Below, one piece after another: positions 1-15,800 of a stretch of DNA of 64,000 bases (the first letter of the stretch is position 1; each line of letters opens with the position of its first letter). This stretch comes from Nemertoderma westbladi (taxonomy: Eukaryota; Animalia; Xenacoelomorpha). The stretch is from contig JAUCBJ010006028.1 in assembly GCA_032718475.1 (NCBI GenBank), forward strand, positions 1 through 64,000, written 5' to 3'. Below the pieces are notes generated by a model, which had not been told where the DNA came from, searched no databases, and was given only the letters and a program-made list of their open reading frames with translations. The position numbers and the translations under genes are program-made.

Positions 1-218
1 CATGCGCTCATAGGCGTTTGTGTGGATTCGGATATGGATAATTGGATACGTCGAAAAGTTTTATTCCAAAATTATAGCAAATTATTGCTGATGAAAAACG
101 GCATAAAACTTTGTTTAAAAAAAAGTTGTAATATTTTTGGTGGAATTTCTAAAAATGGTTTTAATATGATTTAATAGGACATTAAAGTAGAATGTTTGAT
201 TCTGGTATTAAAAATATT

Positions 219-441
219 TATTAAATTTAACGAAAAGTGTCGTGTTACCGTGTAAGTCACACACCTAGAACTGCGAATATACTATTAAATTTAACGAAAA
301 GTGTCGTGTTACCGTGTAAGTCACACACCTAGAATATTAAATTTAACGAAAAGTATCGTGTTACCGTGTTAGTCACACACCTAGAATAATAAATTTAACG
401 AAAAGTGTCGTGTTACCGTGTAAGTCACACACCTAGAACTG
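219..441. repeat. 52-bp tandem repeat, 4 copies
   Basis: Unit tattaaatttaacgaaaagtgtcgtgttaccgtgtaagtcacacacctagaa; a short spacer follows copy 1. Confidence 0.93.
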
Positions 442-700
442 AAAAGACTTTTCTTAAATGTAATGATTTTGATATGAAATTAAACTGTGTATGCTTTGAG
501 GACATACCCTCATGAGTGGTGCGAAGTATGAATGGATAACTAGATGGATAGGTTATTTTCTACGAGCGGTTTAATTTGTTGTTAATACAATCCTTTCTGA
601 AATCCATCGTTCGTCTAAGAACACTAAATACATGGTACTAACCTCAACCTTGCTGACCTTACAAAAGGCCAGCACTCAATCCCATTCCATTCCCTTATAG

Positions 701-885
701 AGTCTGAAGATGAGAGTTCGGTGGATGTGACAGGGGCCCAGCGGGTTAGACGTTCAAGACGACGTTCTAGAGTTAGAAAACCGAGCGTAAAGAGCACCCC
801 GGAACGACGGCCAGTCGGTTCTACTGTGTCGGAGGAACCCAAAGGTCCGACTCAAACCGGAGATGTTGAGACAGACGAGATTCAG
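701..885 (+). CDS. DMXL: DMXL exon a (low-conservation linker, SEDESSVDV...TDEIQ)
   Basis: cccttatag acceptor, CAG|gtttt donor, open frame, phase 0 into the next exon. The peptide itself is not recognisable. Confidence 0.7.
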
Positions 886-3800
886 GTTTTGATTTATATA
901 ATATTACTTCGTCGGTAAAAAGGCAAAGGGGTATATTCAATGAAAATAATTGTCCAGGAGACACTAAAAACCTTACAGCGTATTTAATAGCTTAATATCA
1001 TTTTTTATCTCATAGTACTCGACATGCTGGGCGATGATCGATTTAAGTTGGTGGCAATGGCATCATCAAATGACCCTTTGCCTTTAGTAATTTATCTTTA
1101 AGTACAGTAAATTTCCTTTGTAAACATGATTTTACACAAATGCCCTTTTACACCCGAAAAATTGCCGAAAATATATTTTATATATTGCTATATTTTTTCA
1201 CAAAAATCGCATCAGACTTTAACATTTCGCCAGAAAGTGGAGGACATTGTCAGGAGGCCGCATGCATAACCGCCCCTTTTTCTTTCTACCGACGACTTAA
1301 TAATATTTACTTATTATTACTTGAAGGAAAATGTTTTCCCCGTGAGCTCTACCGAGTTGTATAAAATATGCCAGACGTTAGTGATGGGGTATAATTATTA
1401 TACATCTCCCTAGCCAGGGCGAGAAATGTCCTATTTTATCAGTTTTTCATATTTTTAGGTTTGCTATTTATTTTTTTGTTTTTACCCTCCAGTGTTTGTT
1501 ACGGTCGATGATGCCTCTGCTGCTAATGGAATGGCAGTCTACCCCAGATATGCTGTACGCTATACATTCGCTAGATGGCTCCTTGTTAGTCTGGTTGCTG
1601 GATTGGTTAGATGAATGGCCTCCGAACACACACAGACAAGCGCAGGTACCTAATTTAATATTCTGTAAATCTTTGATGTTGTCCATATCTTTGAGTATTC
1701 GAAGGTGTTGTGTACAATACACATAACAGCGGGTTATGTTTGCTCCACCATCTCCTGGGACTAACTCATTATCCCTCACCCACAACTCGGAGAAAGGAAG
1801 TATGTAGAGTGGTCACTGATCAGAAATCCCGGTTTGTGATTGAAGGTCCCGAGTTCGATCCGCGCCCAGATCAGTTTATTTTCCCATCACTGGTCACCCT
1901 GCGGTATAAGAACCTGGGTTCCGCTGTGGGGGTAGAGTTCAGTATTAAACTTTGGGAAAAAGACTACCCCCCCCCCCCTCCCCACTTATATGTAACTGCC
2001 AAGAGAGAAGAGTGGTTCACGCCCACCGTTCTTTTGTTTACAACAATTAATAGTAGACGTACTTAGCCTTTATTTCATATATTTACTATCACAATGTTGC
2101 ATCGGTTTTAGGTCTCGTTCTCGTCTCGAATACCTCTAGCTTTCCCTGCTGGTGACGCCATCTCGTTATCACCTAATATATACCTATACCGCAATAACCT
2201 AAGTTTAGACATTAAGAAACTGGAATCTTGGAAAGCCCTGGAGCGACGAGGTAGATTCGCTACATCTAGCCCGGGCGCCAGTCTGGGTGAATTCGCCCCC
2301 GATATTCATCTGGTCACCAAACACGGTGACGGCAGTATCAACCAATGGCAGGTTAGTAAAGGTCGACATTATCTGAATGTTTATAACTGCGGTTCGGTTG
2401 TCAATTTATTTTATCTTATTCTGTATTAAATTATCTAAGAGATAATTTTACTCCCCATAGGGTATAGAAGGGAAACTGAAAGTAAAACCTTAAGCTGATA
2501 AATTTGATACATTCATTATTATAGGAGATGCATTTTGGTAAGATAAATGGTTCAACACATTTGCTCCAATCTCTGCTATTTTTAGATGACATTTGCTCCC
2601 GATTCCGGCTACGCTACCGTACTGTCAGTGTGTCACAACGCGCGGTGCAGCGGACACCGCTTCCATATGCTAGACGTGGTGGCCCACGCGGTTCTCCCGC
2701 TGCTACTCACATCGTCGCATCACAACCAACCCAGACGACATCGGAGCAACTCGACGCTCCATCACGTGTCCGAAGACGCGCGGGAAGATGGAATCCCGAT
2801 CCCGGAAACTCATTCAATAGGTAAAAACACGAGCGTAGCGAGGGGATTTACATAAATAAACAAGGCAAAATTATACATACGTGTACACTTTATATTTTAG
2901 GAAAGGTAGAAATTTAATCACTTTTCTTCAACGAATAATTTAGCTAATTCTTAAATTGTTACTTTTTATCTCGAATATATTAAATATACGTGTGAAAATT
3001 TTTTCCAAGGAAAAAGTAATTGATTTTACTTTTTCCCCTCGTAATAGGAGGTAAATAATATATTTTTTGTAGAATTATTCTTAGATTCTATTACATTGTA
3101 TCGAAGGAGAAAAGGTTGGAATTAGAATAGGAAATAGAATTAGAAGAAATAATAATTATTGAAATAGAAAGGTTTACTTACAACCTTTGCCAGGAAAATA
3201 AAAAAATAGAAAATTCGAAGCACATAAAAGTTAAATACAATTTTAATTTCTTTGCGACGCGCACCAAACTAGAACCCAATGGCCATTATATATTTTTTAA
3301 TGTAGTTGATCAGCTCCTTACTAGATCATAAATAATCCACAAAAAGCTTCAGTGAGTTAAATTGTATTAATTAATTCGAATCGCTGCATCTTTCTATGGA
3401 AGACACGTCGCAAATATTGCTGTTCAATTTATTTAATAACACCAAATTACTTAATATTTTGTATTAAATAATCAAAAGCATGAAAATGATGTATGGCAAG
3501 GGAAAAACGTAGTTTAGTGAGAATCGTTATTCCTCTCAAGGCGCTCTGCAAATAAAATAGCCCGAAGATAGTGAAAAAAGTTCAACTTTTATTTGTTATT
3601 TTATCATGTTATGTTATTTTGTTATGTTATTTTGTTATTGTTATGTTATTTTATGCCTCAGGTGTTGAAAGAACTGTGGTACATTTGGACGACACCAGTG
3701 AAACCTTGGATATGACCCGCAGTGAGGCTTCCTTTGGCAGTATGACTACAATGGGACCCAGTGGGACTGTAGGTGGACCCAATAGTGAACTGATTCTCTG

Positions 3801-6800
3801 GAGAGTCGATTCCGTTGGGCCTCTCAGTAAAAGCGGTGAGTTTCTCACCAAGTTTATCCCCAAAGAGTTTATCCATCAGCATCCGCCGCAATAACTACCC
3901 ATTGTACCTTAAAATCGTGTAGCGCCGGGCCTTCTATTGATCTATTGGTTTTAGGTAAGGTATTGTGGATTTAATTCGCCGTCACTCACCCCACAACAAT
4001 TAATTTATAATTAATTAACATCAAGGAACCAGGCATACGGGGTTACAGTGGTTTCTACAAGACTGTATAATAGTTATTCTTTGAGGCACAATTGCCATTT
4101 CTGGCAGAGCACGGAATAACTTGGCGTGGCATGTTTTTCTAGAAAATTTTGTTATGTCACGTTTTTTGATGTTTGTTGTTTATGACCTGTATCCAGCTGA
4201 TGTTTATTGTTTATGGTCTGTATCCAGCTGATGTTTGTTGTTTATGGTCTGTATCCAGCTGATGTTTGTTGTTTATGGTCTGTATCCAGCTGATGTTTGT
4301 TGTTTATGACCTGTATCCAGCTGATGTTTGTTGTTTATGGTCTGTATCCAGCTGATGTTTGTTGTTTATGACCTGTATCCAGCTGATGTTTGTTGTTTAT
4401 GGTCTGTATCCAGCTGATGTTTGTTGTTTATGACCTGTATCCAGCTGATGTTTGTTGTTTATGGTCTGTATCCAGCTGATGTTTGTTGTTTATGGTCTGT
4501 ATCCAGCTGATGTTTGTTGTTTATGGTCTGTATCCAGCTGATGTTTGTTGTTTATGGTCTGTATCCAGCTGATGTTTGTTGTTTATGGTCTGTATCCAGC
4601 TGATGTTTGTTGTTTATGGTCTGTATCCAGCTGATGTTTGTTGTTTATGACCTGTATCCAGCTGATGTTTGTTGTTTATGGTCTGTATCCAGCTGATGTT
4701 TGTTGTTTATGGTCTGTATCCAGCTGATGTTTGTTGTTTATGGTCTGTATCCAGCTGATGTTTGTTGTTTATGGTCTGTATACAGCTGATGTTTGTTGTT
4801 TGTGGTCTGTATCCAGCTGATGTTTGTTGTTTATGGTCTGTATCCAGCTGATGTTTGTTGTTTATGGTCTGTATCCAGCTGATGTTTGTTGTTTATGATC
4901 TGTATCCAGCTGATGTTTGTTGTTTATGGTCTGTATCCAGCTGATGTTTGTTGTTTATGGTCTGTATACAGCTGATGTTTGTTGTTTATGGTCTGTATCC
5001 AGCTAATGTTTGTTGTTTATGGTCTGTATCCAGCTGATGTTTGTTGTTTATGGTCTGTATACAGCTGATGTTTGTTGTTTATGGTCTGTATCCAGCTGAT
5101 GTTTATTGTTTATGACCTGTATCCAGCTGATGTTTGTTGTTTATGGTCTGTATCCAGCTGATGTTTATTGTTTATGACCTGTATCCAGCTGATGTTTGTT
5201 GTTTATGGTCTGTATCCAGCTGATGTTTGTTGTTTATGGTCTGTATCCAGCTGATGTTTATTGTTTATGACCTGTATCCAGCTGATGTTTGTTGTTTATG
5301 GTCTGTATCCAGCTGATGTTTGTTGTTTATGACCTGTATCCAGCTGATGTTTGTTGTTCATGGTCTGTATCCAGCTGATGTTTGTTGTTTATGGTCTGTA
5401 TCTAGCTGATGTTTGTTGTTTATGACCTGTATCCAGCTGATGTTTGTTGTTTATGGTCTGTATCCAGCTGATGTTTGTTGTTTATGATCTGTATCCAGCT
5501 GATGTTTGTTGTTTATGGTCTGTATCCAGCTGATGTTTGTTGTTTATGGTCTGTATACAGCTGATGTTTGTTGTTTATGGTCTGTATCCAGCTAATGTTT
5601 GTTGTTTATGGTCTGTATCCAGCTGATGTTTGTTGTTTATGGTCTGTATACAGCTGATGTTTGTTGTTTATGGTCTGTATCCAGCTGATGTTTGTTGTTT
5701 ATGACCTGTATCCAGCTGATGTTTGTTGTTTATGGTCTGTATCCAGCTGATGTTTGTTGTTTATGGTCTGTATCCAGCTGATGTTTGTTGTTTATGGTCT
5801 GTATCCAGCTGATGTTTGTTGTTTATGGTCTGTATACAGCTGATGTTTGTTGTTTGTGGTCTGTATCCAGCTGATGTTTGTTGTTTATGGTCTGTATCCA
5901 GCTGATGTTTGTTGTTTATGGTCTGTATCCAGCTGATGTTTGTTGTTTATGATCTGTATCCAGCTGATGTTTGTTGTTTATGGTCTGTATCCAGCTGATG
6001 TTTGTTGTTTATGGTCTGTATACAGCTGATGTTTGTTGTTTATGGTCTGTATCCAGCTAATGTTTGTTGTTTATGGTCTGTATCCAGCTGATGTTTGTTG
6101 TTTATGGTCTGTATACAGCTGATGTTTGTTGTTTATGGTCTGTATCCAGCTGATGTTTATTGTTTATGACCTGTATCCAGCTGATGTTTGTTGTTTATGG
6201 TCTGTATCCAGCTGATGTATATTGTTTATGACCTGTATCCAGCTGATGTTTGTTGTTTATGGTCTGTATCCAGCTGATGTTTATTGTTTATGACCTGTAT
6301 CCAGCTGATGTTTGTTGTTTATGGTCTGTATCCAGCTGATGTTTGTTGTTTATGGTCTGTATCCAGCTGATGTTTATTGTTTATGACCTGTATCCAGCTG
6401 ATGTTTGTTGTTTATGGTCTGTATCCAGCTGATGTTTGTTGTTTATGACCTGTATCCAGCTGATGTTTGTTGTTTATGGTCTGTATCCAGCTGATGTTTG
6501 TTGTTTATGGTCTGTATCTAGCTGATGTTTGTTGTTTATGACCTGTATCCAGCTGATGTTTGTTGTTTATGGTCTGTATACAGCTGATGTTTGTTGTTTA
6601 TGACCTGTATCCAGCTGATGTTTGTTGTTTATGGTCTGTATCCAGCTCATGTTTGTTGTTTATGATCTGTATCCAGCTGATGTTTGTTGTTTATGGTCTG
6701 TATACAGCTGATGTTTGTTGTTTATGGTCTGTATCCAGCTGATATTTGTTGTTTATGACCTGTATCCAGCTGATGTTTGTTGTTTATGGTCTGTATCCAG

Positions 6801-9800
6801 CTGATGTTTGTTGTTTGTGGTCCGTATCCAGCTGATGTTTGTTGTTTATGACCTGTATCCAGCTGATGTTTGTTGTTTATGGTCTGTATCCAGCTGATGT
6901 TTGTTGTTTATGGTCTGTATCTAGCTGATGTTTGTTGTTTATGGTCTGTATCCAGCTGATGTTTGTTGTTTATGGTCTGTATCCAGCGGATGTTTATTGT
7001 TTATGACCTGTATCCAGCTGATGTTTGTTGTTTATGGTCTGTATCCAGCTGATGTTTATTGTTTATGACCTGTATCCAGCTGATGTTTGTTGTTTATGGT
7101 CTGTATCCAGCTGATGTTTATTGTTTATGACCTGTATCCAGCTGATGTTTGTTGTTTATGGTCTGTATCCAGCTGATGTTTGTTGTTTATGGTCTGTATC
7201 CAGCTGATGTTTGTTGTTTATGGTCTGTATCCAGCTGATGTTTATTGTTTATGACCTGTATCCAGCTGATGTTTGTTGTTTATGGTCTGTATCCAGCTGA
7301 TGTTTGTTGTTTGTGGTCCGTATCCAGCTGATGTTTGTTGTTTATGACCTGTATCCAGCTGATGTTTGTTGTTTATGGTCTGTATCCAGCTGATGTTTGT
7401 TGTTTATGGTCTGTATCCAGCTGATGTTTGTTGTTTATGGTCTGTATCCAGCTGATGTTTGTTGTTTATGGTCTGTATCCAGCTGATGTTTGTTGTTTAT
7501 GGTCTGTATCCAGCTGATGTTTGTTGTTTATGGTCTGTATCCAGCTGATGTTTATTGTTTATGACCTGTATCCAGCTGATGTTTGTTGTTTATGGTCTGT
7601 ATCCAGCTGATGTTTGTTGTTTATGACCTGTATCCAGCTGATGTTTGTTGTTTATGGTCTGTATCCAGCTGATGTTTGTTGTTTATGGTCTGTATCTAGC
7701 TGATGTTTGTTGTTTATGACCTGTATCCAGCTGATGTTTGTTGTTTATGGTCTGTATACAGCTGATGTTTATTGTTTATGACCTGTATCCAGCTGATGTT
7801 TGTTGTTTATGGTCTGTATACAGCTGATGTTTGTTGTTTATGGTCTGTATCCAGCTGATGTTTGTTGTTTATGACCTGTATCCAGCTGATGTTTGTTGTT
7901 TATGGTCTGTATCCAGCTGATGTTTGTTGTTTATGGTCTGTATCCAGCTGATGTTTGTTGTTTATGGTCTGTATACAGCTGATGTTTGTTGTTTATGGTC
8001 TGTATCCAGCTGATGTTTGTTGTTTATGGTCTGTATCCAGCTGATGTTTGTTGTTTATGATCTGTATCCAGCTGATGTTTGTTGTTTATGGTCTGTATCC
8101 AGCTGATGTTTGTTGTTTATGGTCTGTATACAGCTGATGTTTGTTGTTTATGGTCTGTATCCAGCTAATGTTTGTTGTTTATGGTCTGTATCCAGCTGAT
8201 GTTTGTTGTTTATGGTCTGTATACAGCTGATGTTTGTTGTTTATGATCTGTATCCAGCTGATGTTTGTTGTTTATGGTCTGTATCCAGCTGATGTTTATT
8301 GTTTATGACCTGTATCCAGCTGATGTTTGTTGTTTATGGTCTGTATACAGCTGATGTTTGTTGTTTATGGTCTGTATCCAGCTGATGTTTGTTGTTTATG
8401 ACCTGTATCCAGCTGATGTTTGTTGTTTATGGTCTGTATCCAGCTGATGTTTGTTGTTTATGGTCTGTATCCAGCTGATGTTTGTTGTTTATGGTCTGTA
8501 TACAGCTGATGTTTGTTGTTTATGGTCTGTATACAGCTGATGTTTGTTGTTTATGGTCTGTATCCAGCTGATGTTTGTTGTTTATGATCTGTATCCAGCT
8601 GATGTTTGTTGTTTATGGTCTGTATCCAGCTGATGTTTGTTGTTTATGGTCTGTATCCAGCTGATGTTTGTTGTTTATGGTCTGTATCCAGCTGATGTTT
8701 GTTGTTTATGGTCTGTATCCAGCTGATGTTTGTTGTTTATGGTCTGTATCCAGCTGATGTTTATTGTTTATGACCTGTATCCAGCTGATGTTTGTTGTTT
8801 ATGGTCTGTATCCAGCTGATGTTTGTTGTTTGTGGTCTGTGTCCAGCTGATGTTTGTTGTTTATGACCTGTATCCAGCTGATGTTTGTTGTTTATGGTCT
8901 GTATCCAGCTGATGTTTGTTGTTTATGGTCTGTATCCAGCTGATGTTTGTTGTTTATGGTCTGTATCCAGCTGATGTTTGTTGTTTATGGTCTGTATCCA
9001 GCTGATGTTTGTTGTTTATGGTCTGTATCCAGCTGATGTTTGTTGTTTATGATCTGTATCCAGCTGATGTTTGTTGTTTATGGTCTGTATCCAGCTGATG
9101 TTTGTTGTTTATGGTCTGTATACAGCTGATGTTTGTTGTTTATGGTCTGTATCCAGCTAATGTTTGTTGTTTATGGTCTGTATCCAGCTGATGTTTGTTG
9201 TTTATGGTCTGTATACAGCTGATGTTTGTTGTTTATGATCTGTATCCAGCTGATGTTTGTTGTTTATGGTCTGTATCCAGCTGATTTTATTGTTTATGAC
9301 CTGTATCCAGCTGATGTTTGTTGTTTATGGTCTGTATACAGCTGATGTTTGTTGTTTATGGTCTGTATCCAGCTGATGTTTGTTGTTTATGACCTGTATC
9401 CAGCTGATGTTTGTTGTTTATGGTCTGTATCCAGCTGATGTTTGTTGTTTATGGTCTGTATCCAGCTGATGTTTGTTGTTTATGGTCTGTATACAGCTGA
9501 TGTTTGTTGTTTATGGTCTGTATACAGCTGATGTTTGTTGTTTATGGTCTGTATCCAGCTGATGTTTGTTGTTTATGATCTGTATCCAGCTGATGTTTGT
9601 TGTTTATGGTCTGTATCCAGCTGATGTTTATTGTTTATGACCTGTATCCAGCTGATGTTTGTTGTTTATGGTCTGTATCCAGCTGATGTTTATTGTTTAT
9701 GACCTGTATCCAGCTGATGTTTGTTGTTTATGGTCTGTATCCAGCTGATGTTTGTTGTTTATGGTCTGTATCCAGCTGATGTTTGTTGTTTATGGTCTGT

Positions 9801-12800
9801 ATCCAGCTGATGTTTATTGTTTATGACCTGTATCCAGCTGATGTTTGTTGTTTATGGTCTGTATCCAGCTGATGTTTGTTGTTTGTGGTCTGTATCCAGC
9901 TGATGTTTGTTGTTTATGACCTGTATCCAGCTGATGTTTGTTGTTTATGGTCTGTATCCAGCTGATGTTTGTTGTTTATGGTCTGTATCCAGCTGATGTT
10001 TGTTGTTTATGGTCTGTATCCAGCTGATGTTTGTTGTTTATGGTCTGTATCCAGCTGATGTTTGTTGTTTATGGTCTGTATCCAGCTGATGTTTGTTGTT
10101 TATGGTCTGTATCCAGCTGATGTTTATTGTTTATGACCTGTATCCAGCTGATGTTTGTTGTTTATGGTCTGTATCCAGCTGATGTTTGTTGTTTATGACC
10201 TGTATCCAGCTGATGTTTGTTGTTTATGGTCTGTATCCAGCTGATGTTTGTTGTTTATGGTCTGTATCTAGCTGATGTTTGTTGTTTATGACCTGTATCC
10301 AGCTGATGTTTGTTGTTTATGGTCTGCATACAGCTGATGTTTGTTGTTTATGACCTGTATCCAGCTGATGTTTGTTGTTTATGGTCTGTATCCAACTCAT
10401 GTTTGTTGTTTATGATCTGTATCCAGCTGATGTTTGTTGTTTATGGTCTGTATACAGCTGATGTTTGTTGTTTATGGTCTGTATCCAGCTGATGTTTGTT
10501 GTTTATGGTCTGTATCCAGCTGATGTTTGTTGTTTATGGTCTGTATCCAGCTGATGTTTGTTGTTTATGATCTGTATCCAGCTGATGTTTGTTGTTTATG
10601 GTCTGTATACAGCTGATGTTTGTTGTTTATGGTATGTATCCAGCTGATGTTTGTTGTTTATGACCTGTATCCAGCTGATGTTTGTTGTTTATGGTCTGTA
10701 TCCAGCTGATGTTTGTTGTTTATGGTCTGTATCCAGCTAATGTTTGTTATTTATGACCTGTATCCAGCTGATGTTTGTTGTTTATGACCTGTATCCAGCT
10801 GATGTTTGTTGTTTATGATCTGTATCCAGCTGATGTTTGTTGTTTATGGTCTGTATACAGCTCATGTTTGTTGTTTATGACCAGTATCCAGCTGATGTTT
10901 GTTGTTTATGGTCTGTATCCAGCTGATGTTTGTTGTTTATGACCTGTATCCAGCTGATGTTTGTTGTTTATGGTCTGTATCCAGCTGATGTTTGTTGTTT
11001 ATGGTCTGTATCCAGCTGATGTTTGTTGTTTATGACCTGTATCCAGCTGATGTTTGTTGTTTATGGTCTGTATCCAGCTGATGTTTGTTGTTTATGACCT
11101 GTATCCAGCTGATGTTTGTTGTTTATGGTCTGTATCCAGCTGATGTTTGTTGTTTATGGTCTGTATCCAGCTGATGTTTGTTGTTTATGGTCTGTATACA
11201 GCTGATGTTTGTTGTTTATGGTCTGTATACAGCTGATGTTTGTTGTTTATGGTCTGTATCCAGCTGATGTTTGTTGTTTATGATCTGTATCCAGCTGATG
11301 TTTGTTGTTTATGGTCTGTATCCAGCTGATGTTTATTGTTTATGACCTGTATCCAGCTGATGTTTGTTGTTTATGGTCTGTATCCAGCTGATGTTTATTG
11401 TTTATGACCTGTATCCAGCTGATGTTTGTTGTTTATGGTCTGTATCCAGCTGATGTTTGTTGTTTATGGTCTGTATCCAGCTGATGTTTGTTGTTTATGG
11501 TCTGTATCCAGCTGATGTTTATTGTTTATGACCTGTATCCAGCTGATGTTTGTTGTTTATGGTCTGTATCCAGCTGATGTTTGTTGTTTGTGGTCTGTAT
11601 CCAGCTGATGTTTGTTGTTTATGACCTGTATCCAGCTGATGTTTGTTGTTTATGGTCTGTATCCAGCTGATGTTTGTTGTTTATGGTCTGTATCCAGCTG
11701 ATGTTTGTTGTTTATGGTCTGTATCCAGCTGATGTTTGTTGTTTATGGTCTGTATCCAGCTGATGTTTGTTGTTTATGGTCTGTATCCAGCTGATGTTTG
11801 TTGTTTATGGTCTGTATCCAGCTGATGTTTGTTGTTTATGACCTGTATCCAGCTGATGTTTGTTGTTTATGGTCTGTATCCAGCTGATGTTTGTTGTTTA
11901 TGACCTGTATCCAGCTGATGTTTGTTGTTTATGGTCTGTATCCAGCTGATGTTTGTTGTTTATGGTCTGTATCCAGCTGATGTTTGTTGTTTATGGTCTG
12001 TATCCAGCTGATGTTTGTTGTTTATGGTCTGTATCCAGCTGATGTTTGTTGTTTATGGTCTGTATCCAGCTGATGTTTGTTGTTTATGACCTGTATCCAG
12101 CTGATGTTTGTTGTTTATGGTCTGTATCCAGCTGATGTTTGTTGTTTATGGTCTGTATCCAGCTGATGTTTGTTGTTTATGGTCTGTATCCAGCTGATGT
12201 TTATTGTTTATGACCTGTATCCAGCTGATGTTTGTTGTTTATGGTCTGTATCCAGCTGATGTTTGTTGTTTATGACCTCTATCCAGCTGATGTTTGTTGT
12301 TTATGGTCTGTATACAGCTGATGTTTGTTGTTTATGGTCTGTATCCAGCTGATGTTTGTTGTTTATGGTCTGTATCCAGCTGATGTTTGTTGTTTATGGT
12401 CTGTATCCAGCTGATGTTTGTTGTTTATGACCTGTATCCAGCTGATGTTTGTTGTTTATGGTCTGTATCCAGCTGATGTTTGTTGTTTATGGTCTGTATC
12501 CAGCTGATGTTTGTTGTTTATGACCTGTATCCAGCTGATGTTTGTTGTTTATGGTCTGTATCCAGCTGATGTTTGTTGTTTATGGTCTGTATCCAGCTGA
12601 TGTTTGTTGTTTATGGTCTGTATCCAGCTGATGTTTGTTGTTTATGACCTGTATCCAGCTGATGTTTGTTGTTTATGGTCTGTATCCAGCTGATGTTTGT
12701 TGTTTATGACCTCTATCCAGCTGATGTTTGTTGTTTATGGTCTGTATCCAGCTGATGTTTGTTGTTTATGGTCTGTATCCAGCTGATGTTTGTTGTTTAT

Positions 12801-15800
12801 GGTCTGTATCCAGCTCATGTTTGTTGTTTATGGTCTGTATCCAGCTGATGTTTGTTGTTTATGGTCTGTATCCAGCTGATGTTTGTTGTTTATGGTCTGT
12901 ATACAGCTCATGTTTGTTGTTTATGGTCTGTATACAGCTGATGTTTGTTGTTTATGACCTGTATCCAGCTGATGTTTGTTGTTTATGGTCTGTATCGAGC
13001 TGATGTTTGTTGTTTATGGTCTGTATCCAGCTGATGTTTGTTGTTTATGGTCTGTATCCAGCTGATGTTTGTTGTTTATGACCTGTATCCAGCTGATGTT
13101 TGTTGTTTATGGTCTGTATCCAGCTGATGTTTGTTGTTTATGGTCTGTATCCAGCTGATGTTTGTTGTTTATGGTCTGTATCCAGCTGATGTTTGTTGTT
13201 TATGACCTGTATCCAGCTGATGTTTGTTGTTTATGGTCTGTATCCAGCTGATGTTTGTTGTTTATGGTCTGTATCCAGCTGATGTTTGTTGTTTATGGTC
13301 TGTATCCAGCTGATGTTTGTTGTTTATGACCTGTATCCAGCTGATGTTTGTTGTTTATGGTCTGTATCCAGCTGATGTTTGTTGTTTATGACCTGTATCC
13401 AGCTGATGTTTGTTGTTTATGGTCTGTATACAGCTGATGTTTGTTGTTTATGACCTCTATCCAGCTGATGTTTGTTGTTTATGACCTCTATCCAGCTGAT
13501 GTTTGTTGTTTATGGTCTGTATCCAGCTGATGTTTGTTGTTTATGGTCTGTATACAGCTGATGTTTGTTGTTTATGACCTCTATCCAGCTGATGTTTGTT
13601 GTTTATGGTCTGTATCCAGCTGATGTTTGTTGTTTATGACCTGTATCCAGCTGATGTTTGTTGTTTATGGTCTGTATACAGCTGATGTTTGTTGTTTATG
13701 GTCTGTATACAGCTGATGTTTGTTGTTTATGGTCTGTATCCAGCTGATGTTTGTTGTTTATGACCTGTATCCAGCTGATGTTTGTTGTTTATGACCTGTA
13801 TCCAGCTGATGTTTGTTGTTTATGACCTGTATCCAGCTGATGTTTGTTGTTTATGGTCTGTATCCAGCTGATGTTTGTTGTTTATGGTCTGTATCCAGCT
13901 GATGTTTGTTGTTTATGGTCTGTATCCAGCTGATGTTTGTTGTTTATGGTCTGTATCCAGCTGATGTTTGTTGTTTATGGTCTGTATCCAGCTGATGTTT
14001 GTTGTTTATGGTCTGTATCCAGCTGATGTTTGTTGTTTATGACCTGTATCCAGCTGATGTTTATTGTTTATGACCTGTATCCAGCTGATGTTTCTTGTTT
14101 ATGACCTGTATCCAGCTGATGTTTGTTGTTTATGGTCTGTATCCAGCTGATGTTTGTTGTTTATGGTCTGTATCCAGCTGATGTTTGTTGTTTATGGTCT
14201 GTATCCAGCTGATGTTTGTTGTTTATGGTCTGTATCCAGCTGATGTTTGTTGTTTATGGTCTGTATACAGCTGATGTTTGTTGTTTATGGTCTGTATCCA
14301 GCTGATGTTTGTTGTTTATGACCTGTATCCAGCTGATGTTTGTTGTTTATGGTCTGTATCCAGCTGATGTTTGTTGTTTATGGTCTGTATCCAGCTGATG
14401 TTTGTTGTTTATGGTCTGTATCCAGCTGATGTTTGTTGTTTATGACCTGTATCCAGCTGATGTTTGTTGTTTATGGTCTGTATCCAGCTGATGTTTGTTG
14501 TTTATGACCTGTATCCAGCTGATGTTTGTTGTTTATGGTCTGTATCCAGCTGATGTTTGTTGTTTATGGTCTGTATCCAGCTGATGTTTGTTGTTTATGG
14601 TCTGTATCCAGCTGATGTTTGTTGTTTATGACCTGTATCCAGCTGATGTTTGTTGTTTATGGTCTGTATCCAGCTGATGTTTGTTGTTTATGGTCTGTAT
14701 CCAGCTGATGTTTGTTGTTTATGACCTGTATCCAGCTGATGTTTGTTGTTTATGGTCTGTATCCAGCTGATGTTTGTTGTTTATGACCTGTATCCAGCTG
14801 ATGTTTGTTGTTTATGGTCTGTATCCAGCTGATGTTTGTTGTTTATGACCTGTATCCAGCTGATGTTTGTTGTTTATGGTCTGTATCCAGCTGATGTTTG
14901 TTGTTTATGGTCTGTATCCAGCTGATGTTTGTTGTTTATGACCTGTATCCAGCTGATGTTTGTTGTTTATGGTCTGTATCCAGCTGATGTTTGTTGTTTA
15001 TGACCTGTATCCAGCTGATGTTTGTTGTTTATGGTCTGTATCCAGCTGATGTTTGTTGTTTATGACCTGTATCCAGCTGATGTTTGTTGTTTATGGTCTG
15101 TATCCAGCTGATGTTTGTTGTTTATGGTCTGTATCCAGCTGATGTTTGTTGTTTATGGTCTGTATCCAGCTGATGTTTGTTGTTTATGGTCTGTATCCAG
15201 CTGATGTTTGTTGTTTATGGTCTGTATCCAGCTGATGTTTGTTGTTTATGGTCTGTATCCAGCTGATGTTTGTTGTTTATGGTCTGTATCCAGCTGATGT
15301 TTGTTGTTTATGGTCTGTATCCAGCTGATGTTTGTTGTTTATGGTCTGTATCCAGCTGATGTTTGTTGTTTATGACCTGTATCCAGCTGATGTTTGTTGT
15401 TTATGGTCTGTATCCAGCTGATGTTTGTTGTTTATGACCTGTATCCAGCTGATGTTTGTTGTTTATGGTCTGTATCCAGCTGATGTTTGTTGTTTATGAC
15501 CTGTATCCAGCTGATGTTTGTTGTTTATGACCTGTATCCAGCTGATGTTTGTTGTTTATGGTCTGTATCCAGCTGATGTTTGTTGTTTATGACCTGTATC
15601 CAGCTGATGTTTGTTGTTTATGGTCTGTATCCAGCTGATGTTTGTTGTTTATGACCTGTATCCAGCTGATGTTTGTTGTTTATGGTCTGTATCCAGCTGA
15701 TGTTTGTTGTTTATGACCTGTATCCAGCTGATGTTTGTTGTTTATGGTCTGTATCCAGCTGATGTTTGTTGTTTATGGTCTGTATCCAGCTGATGTTTGT

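Noticed and set aside
1140-2066. Small ORFs in introns (also 42596-42835, 58758-58946, 60303-60612)
   Set aside because: No recognisable motifs and no splice-phase need; expected by chance, or antisense shadows of real exons.
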